Below, in pieces: positions 54,801-64,000 of a stretch of 64,000 nucleotides of DNA; the first letter of the stretch is position 1; each line of letters begins with the position of its first letter. Below the pieces are notes generated by a model. The model saw only the letters and a program-made list of their open reading frames with translations, searched no databases and was not told where the DNA came from. Source of the stretch: a virus; IMG/VR virus record IMGVR_UViG_3300014913_001094, positions 1 to 64,000 of that record; one strand, 5' to 3'. Position numbers and translations under genes: made by a program.

Positions 54801-55733
54801 GATGATGTTGGTTTTGCGAACCCATTGAGTAATTGCGACAAGGGATGGTTACATAATTATGATCTTAAAGCAGGTGAAGTAAATCTGCTTCCTGGCGTTC
54901 ATAAGCTAGGCGAGGTTGATCCATATGCAATTTATGATTTTAAATCTCCTTCTACAAAAAGATATAAACGAGATTGGCTTCCTTTATACTGCACTTTAGC
55001 AACAAAAGAAGCTATTGAAAAAATAGGATATCTCGATGAAGAGTTTGAAACAGGAAGTGAAGATTTAGATTATTGTAAGAGAGCAGAAAAGCTTGGAATA
55101 AAATGTGCAGTAGCAGAAGATTCGTTTGTGTTTCATTTTGGAGGAGTGAGTCGCAAAGCACATGAAATGGAAGATCGTAGTGTTCATCAAGAAGAAGACA
55201 CAAAGAATCAGAACAGAATTGGATTTAAATACAATCGTCCGCTCGTTGTAATCCAGTCAGGATTAGCCTATGAGGACTGGGATGCGAATACGTTAAGAGA
55301 AAAGGGTTGTGGTGGTAGTGAACTAGCTGCTTGTATGATGGCAGAAAATTTTGCTAAGCAGGGATACAGAGCGGTAGTATTTGCTCAAACAGGAAAACCG
55401 AAGCAGGTAATTAATCAAGTAGAGTGGTACGATCAAAGTGAGTGGTTGAATTTCATCGACATGAATCATATTAGTATCTGCGTTGTTTCGCGCTATGCAA
55501 ACTATCTTGAAGATTCAATAAGAGCAGATCAGCTATGGCTCTGGACGCATGATATTTTTGCGATGTGTAGTAAGGTTGGAGATGTCGACTTAGTTCAAAA
55601 GAATTACGATAAGCTGACAGGAATTTTTGTATTATCCAAATGGCATGCCTGCTTTATGGCTGATTACCATGGGATATCAACAGAAAAGACATGGGTTACA
55701 GGAAATGGTATAAATTTGAAGGGAAGTGAATAA
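51849..55733 (+). CDS. Multidomain glycosyltransferase: GT2 + TPR + SAM methyltransferase + GT4 + GT2 + N-terminal half of a GT4
   Basis: SICMIVKNEE..VDTGS.D..DFAKARN..WLDGDD; TPR helices; LNLGSG..HSLEHL..RVLKPGG; KSNNKL..YMALGLP; DIIIPT..MNDD..EDLDYC; GCGGSE..WTHD..LSKWH..GNGI. Confidence 0.9.
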   Translation: MTTVSICMIVKNEEEVLARCLKSLGNFPDQLVIVDTGSIDRTIEIAKEFGAEIHHFEWIRDFAKARNYSFSKATCDYVFWLDGDDEIAPEELEKLMTLKSNLTKDMYLMVYDYFQDADGNPKCDLWRERLVKRELGLKWRYPIHECIPMDQRPLETEQVPIRITHKRTEAGFASDLSRNIDILENAVRGDYADDPRVRYYLAKEIHDNRDFERASREYTKFLNMNAGWYEDKLYAQFKLAQCYYEMGCDKQRQVEKFEKQAREAKNSKKREQATRAANRRKKQVSIQHDNARKAAKQAIKSDSQFAEPYYVLGQLAMDEQDHDEAIYWFEKAFRPFPNVLSPIRRDFYTWMPALQLCVCHSNRGDYEQASYYNEQAAKENPQHSSIIHNTKYFAEKLEEKTQRKTPEGDISVKLNLGSGNKRYKDYTSCDLFPGAEVDEVFPLNDIPYEDQTVDAIHSEHSLEHLRHVDARSAIQEWARVLKPGGELHLQIPDLEECCRKYIEAVQNGDRRLQQWYMYTIFGIQKSQADEPDEGQIHYTGFNLAEILDLLKDADFIIDYYGKYDGHSTPSLEIRAVKAIGSIRIGWLGQTCLESPQYRIRTHHIDRWLRSRGYRTEISQKDQKYDTVIADNGTPYRTIQQYKKEGSRVILNLCEDYDTMLSKEEMKVEQRRYEVVDLIVCCSHALAEKLKKYNTVVIEDAVEVDFNLNCTYENKEQLTVGWIGMGGNVVHAERLRPLIEELGYKLVTIHEHDNADVKWDLNTWQQELAKCDMAIAPIDHHKQPSKSNNKLTTYMALGLPTVVSPLDAYKHVVDNGPSNYPFYIAYNDEGWKHCLACLGNVEHRREMGFDAKEKAKEYSLDAIGQKWVDVLIETDWMSDEDWDKLSVSSLERLYEDEDRAEQLVDIIIPTYGKDDYLQACINSIKTCTTDYPYNIIVVDSLKLGLNFSQAVNHGIRQSTASHVCIMNDDVIVSKGWLKPLLEELKDDVGFANPLSNCDKGWLHNYDLKAGEVNLLPGVHKLGEVDPYAIYDFKSPSTKRYKRDWLPLYCTLATKEAIEKIGYLDEEFETGSEDLDYCKRAEKLGIKCAVAEDSFVFHFGGVSRKAHEMEDRSVHQEEDTKNQNRIGFKYNRPLVVIQSGLAYEDWDANTLREKGCGGSELAACMMAENFAKQGYRAVVFAQTGKPKQVINQVEWYDQSEWLNFIDMNHISICVVSRYANYLEDSIRADQLWLWTHDIFAMCSKVGDVDLVQKNYDKLTGIFVLSKWHACFMADYHGISTEKTWVTGNGINLKGSE

Positions 55734-56338
55734 TGTCAATTGAGAATCCTAAATTCATCTATTCCTCCTCTGCTGATAGAGGGCTCGATACACTTCTTTA
55801 TTTATGGCAATTTATTCGTAAAGAGTTTCCAGAAGCAACCTTAGATGTTCTATACGGTTTTGAAAATTGGAAAAAGTCGATTCTTGCATCTGGAAATGAA
55901 CAACAGAAGCAGTGGATGGAGTCAATTGAAGAAGGATTAAATCAACCTGGTGTCACCAACCATGGTCGTGTAAGTCAGGATGAGTTAGCTAAATACTGGC
56001 AACAGATGGATATATGGGCCTATCCAACAAGATTCACCGAGACATACTGCATAACTGCGCTTGAGGCACAACTCTACAGAACAGCAATTGTCACAACTCG
56101 TCTTGCTGGTCTTATTGATACAGTTGGTGATCGTGGTATCTTGATTGATGGAGATGCTTATACTAAAGAATATCGTGAACAATTTCTCAGTGAAGTTTTT
56201 GCAATTTTGCGTGATGATGAGCGTAGAGAAGTTATGTTAGATAAAGCAGAAAAATGTGCCAAAAAACTAACATGGTCAAATCGTGCAAAAGAATGGACTG
56301 ATGTATTTAAACAAAATGGTCTAACTTTTCCGAAATAG
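55733..56338 (+). CDS. C-terminal (nucleotide-sugar-binding) half of a GT4 glycosyltransferase
   Basis: FIYSSSADRGL, HGRVSQDELA, YPT.FTETYCITALEAQ. Confidence 0.88.
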   Translation: MSIENPKFIYSSSADRGLDTLLYLWQFIRKEFPEATLDVLYGFENWKKSILASGNEQQKQWMESIEEGLNQPGVTNHGRVSQDELAKYWQQMDIWAYPTRFTETYCITALEAQLYRTAIVTTRLAGLIDTVGDRGILIDGDAYTKEYREQFLSEVFAILRDDERREVMLDKAEKCAKKLTWSNRAKEWTDVFKQNGLTFPK

Positions 56339-56345
56339 AGGATTT

Positions 56346-56642
56346 ATGAACCTAGATAGATATCAAAAGCTATTCGAAAGATTTTATGAACAATTCGGAG
56401 AAGTAAGGGATGATAGTCCTTTAGAAATACGATACAATCACCTGCTCGGTCAAGTAGATATCCTAGGAAAGTTTTTATTAGAACATTTTGATCATGAGAT
56501 TGGAGGAGGTCCTGATCCAGGTGGTGAAGGTGCCTGTGAATTAGTCGTAAGACTGCTACAAGGTTGCAGAGCACCAGAACATAGGCTGTATCGTATCATT
56601 GGTCAACCCTTTTCTTGCCCTTGTTTTCCTGACCCCTCCTAA
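56346..56642 (+). CDS. Hypothetical protein
   Basis: GAGG RBS; 98 aa. Confidence 0.6.
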   Translation: MNLDRYQKLFERFYEQFGEVRDDSPLEIRYNHLLGQVDILGKFLLEHFDHEIGGGPDPGGEGACELVVRLLQGCRAPEHRLYRIIGQPFSCPCFPDPS

Positions 56643-56673
56643 AAATCCTGTCTATTTCACATCTTACCCTCCC

Positions 56674-56702
56674 AAACCTATCGATTTTCTTCTCCTTAAA
56701 TG
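56674..56702 (+). promoter_or_regulatory. Putative phage late promoter, copy 5
   Basis: AAACCTATCGATTTTCTTCTCCTTAAATG upstream of the collagen-like genes. Confidence 0.6.
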
Positions 56703-56759
56703 AGGCTACACGTATAGTCTGATTCCTTGTTTTAACAGCACCTGGATTCCGGAGATAAG

Positions 56760-61505
<4,746 letters not shown>

Positions 61506-61516
61506 GGGAACGATAA

Positions 61517-64000
61517 ATGGTGATCGGTCGCACAATAGATCTACGAAACAACACAATAAGTGATATTCTGATAGAAGACTTAGGTGTCATTCTACCGGCA
61601 AACCTCACTTCCAATACCACTAATGTTGTAAGGATAACAGACTTTGTCCAAGCTGATACTCTTGATTTTTCACAAGATCTAAGAAGTCTCATTACCAGTG
61701 GGCAGGTGAGCGTAAACGGACACAATGGTACTGGAGACGGAACGGCTACGACTAATCTAGAAATAGCGGAGAGTCTTGATGAAGTTTCAATCACCACTAT
61801 TCGTTCCTCTGCTGAAGATTTTGAACATCTTGATAAAGGAGGCCTAAGTCTCCTTGTAACAGGCGGACATTATAATGTTGGTGGAGTTCATGGGGTTGCA
61901 CCTAGTACTACCTTAGTTCTTACTGATAACGCAACTAATTATATTTATGCTGATCCTGTAGGTGGAACGATAGCCTTCAGTACAATTGGTTTTCCTGATA
62001 ATTCAACACCTCTTTGGACAGCAACAACCTCCGGTGGAGATATAGATAGCACATTCGATCATAGAACATTTGTAGTCCCTAATACCTCAGGTGAAACAGG
62101 TGTAGCAGGAACAACAGGTGTCCGTGGAGTAACAGGTCTCTTAGGTGAAACAGGACTAATAGGAGAGACAGGACTTCAAGGACTTCAAGGAACGACAGGC
62201 ATTCGTGGAGTAACAGGTATCCTTGGTCAAACTGGTGTTCAAGGCGAACAAGGAACAACTGGAGTTCGTGGAGTAACAGGTATACTTGGTCAAACAGGAA
62301 TCCAAGGTATCCAAGGTGACACAGGCGTCCAAGGTATCCAAGGTACTACGGGTGTAGTTGGAACAGCAGGAGACCAAGGCGAGACAGGAATCCAAGGAGA
62401 CCAAGGTGACCAAGGTGAAACTGGAACTCAAGGTATCCAAGGAGACCAAGGCGATACAGGCGTCCAAGGCCTTCAAGGAGACACTGGAGCACTAGGTAAC
62501 ACAGGACTCCAAGGAGCAGTAGGCGATCAAGGACAAACTGGTACACAAGGTATCCAAGGTAACGTTGGTGACCAAGGTCAAACTGGTGTTCAAGGAATCC
62601 AAGGTAATCAAGGTAATACTGGTAATCAAGGTGATACAGGTGTTCAAGGTATCCAAGGGATAACGGGACTTGGTACAACTGGTCCAGAAGGACAAACAGG
62701 TACTCAAGGCATTCAAGGTACCCAAGGCGATCAAGGTGAAACTGGTGTAGAAGGACAAACTGGTCCCACTGGTGGAGTCGGAGCTCAAGGTAGCACAGGT
62801 CTTCGAGGTGAAACAGGTACTCAAGGCATCCAAGGCAACCAAGGTAACGTAGGTGCCCAAGGTGAAACAGGCCTTCAAGGCGTCGTAGGTGACGAAGGTC
62901 AAACAGGCATCCAAGGACAAACAGGAGCATTAGGTAATACAGGTGCTCAAGGAGTTCAGGGTAACCAAGGTAATCAAGGCGACCAAGGACAAACTGGTAT
63001 TCAAGGTAATCAGGGTGCACAAGGTATAACTGGACTACAAGGTAACACAGGTATCCAAGGTACCCAAGGAGACACTGGAGCACTGGGCAATACAGGTGCC
63101 CAAGGCGAAACAGGTCTCCAAGGTGTCCAAGGTAACCAAGGTACCCAAGGTGACACTGGTACTCAAGGCGACCAAGGTGACACAGGTACTCAAGGTACTC
63201 AAGGAACAACAGGCGATCAAGGTGACACAGGTATCCAAGGTGAAACAGGAACACAAGGTATCCAAGGTGACACAGGTACTCAAGGTATCCAAGGCGACAC
63301 AGGTGTAGACGGAACAACCGGCGACCAAGGTGAAACAGGACTTCAGGGTGAAACTGGTCTTCAAGGTATCATAGGTGATACAGGTACTCAAGGCATCCAA
63401 GGAGACACTGGAGCACTAGGTAACACAGGACTCCAAGGAACAGTAGGTGACGAAGGTCAAACTGGTATTCAAGGTATCCAAGGTAATGTTGGTGATGAGG
63501 GACAAACTGGTGTTCAAGGAGTTCAAGGCAATCAAGGTAACACTGGTGACCAAGGCGATACAGGTGTTCTAGGTCTTCAAGGTACCACAGGTGTTGGTGC
63601 AACTGGTCCAGCTGGTCCAGAAGGACAAACTGGTCCTCAAGGTACTCAAGGTGACCAAGGTGACACAGGCGTAGAAGGACAAACTGGTCCCGTTGGTGGA
63701 GTCGGAGCTCAAGGAGAAACAGGTCCACAAGGATTAACAGGATTACTAGGTGAGACTGGTCCGTTACAGCAAGGTGAAACTGGCGTAGAAGGACAAACTG
63801 GCGTTCAAGGCGTCCAAGGTGACCAAGGTGAAACTGGAACTCAAGGTATCCAAGGTGATACAGGCATCCAAGGACAAACTGGTGCGCTAGGCAACACTGG
63901 TGTTCAAGGAGTTCAGGGTAACCAAGGTAATCAAGGCGACCAAGGACAAACTGGTATCCAAGGTAACCAAGGTACACAAGGTATAACTGGACTACAAGGT
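61517..64000 (+). CDS. Second collagen-like fibre protein (partial; runs off the window end; not in the ORF track)
   Basis: ATG 61517 after AGGGG; ~190-aa N-terminal domain (MVIGRTIDLRNNTISDILIEDLGV...), then in-frame G-X-Y repeats from ~62090 to the end. Confidence 0.88.
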   Translation, partial: MVIGRTIDLRNNTISDILIEDLGVILPANLTSNTTNVVRITDFVQADTLDFSQDLRSLITSGQVSVNGHNGTGDGTATTNLEIAESLDEVSITTIRSSAEDFEHLDKGGLSLLVTGGHYNVGGVHGVAPSTTLVLTDNATNYIYADPVGGTIAFSTIGFPDNSTPLWTATTSGGDIDSTFDHRTFVVPNTSGETGVAGTTGVRGVTGLLGETGLIGETGLQGLQGTTGIRGVTGILGQTGVQGEQGTTGVRGVTGILGQTGIQGIQGDTGVQGIQGTTGVVGTAGDQGETGIQGDQGDQGETGTQGIQGDQGDTGVQGLQGDTGALGNTGLQGAVGDQGQTGTQGIQGNVGDQGQTGVQGIQGNQGNTGNQGDTGVQGIQGITGLGTTGPEGQTGTQGIQGTQGDQGETGVEGQTGPTGGVGAQGSTGLRGETGTQGIQGNQGNVGAQGETGLQGVVGDEGQTGIQGQTGALGNTGAQGVQGNQGNQGDQGQTGIQGNQGAQGITGLQGNTGIQGTQGDTGALGNTGAQGETGLQGVQGNQGTQGDTGTQGDQGDTGTQGTQGTTGDQGDTGIQGETGTQGIQGDTGTQGIQGDTGVDGTTGDQGETGLQGETGLQGIIGDTGTQGIQGDTGALGNTGLQGTVGDEGQTGIQGIQGNVGDEGQTGVQGVQGNQGNTGDQGDTGVLGLQGTTGVGATGPAGPEGQTGPQGTQGDQGDTGVEGQTGPVGGVGAQGETGPQGLTGLLGETGPLQQGETGVEGQTGVQGVQGDQGETGTQGIQGDTGIQGQTGALGNTGVQGVQGNQGNQGDQGQTGIQGNQGTQGITGLQG

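Overview
The whole window is a gene-dense, + strand-only virion morphogenesis region of a large tailed dsDNA phage (Caudoviricetes). The host is unknown but probably bacterial, given the GGAG Shine-Dalgarno sites, sigma70-like promoters and intrinsic terminators. The head module (1-29.5 kb) contains a gpA-type terminase large subunit, portal, prohead protease-scaffold fusion, two decoration-like paralogs and an HK97-fold major capsid protein. Interspersed are about 10 uncharacterised proteins that share a ~25-aa helical tag (LxxLAxxLDxxGxxxEAxxLD), often followed by K-x-A, which suggests a capsid-loading and proteolytic-release system. The region from 30 to 64 kb is a surface/fibre and glycosylation module: several GT2/GT4 glycosyltransferases, a sugar isomerase-like TIM barrel, a clan-A glycoside hydrolase, LamG and beta-solenoid fibre proteins, two very long Thr/Gln-rich collagen-like proteins, a MORC-type ATPase, and a GluRS/GluQ-RS paralog with an apparently circularly permuted discoidin domain inserted in its Zn-binding loop. 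A candidate structured RNA lies just upstream of the terminase gene, and two recurring promoter motifs are visible. All product calls come from motif recognition by eye; no database searches were run.
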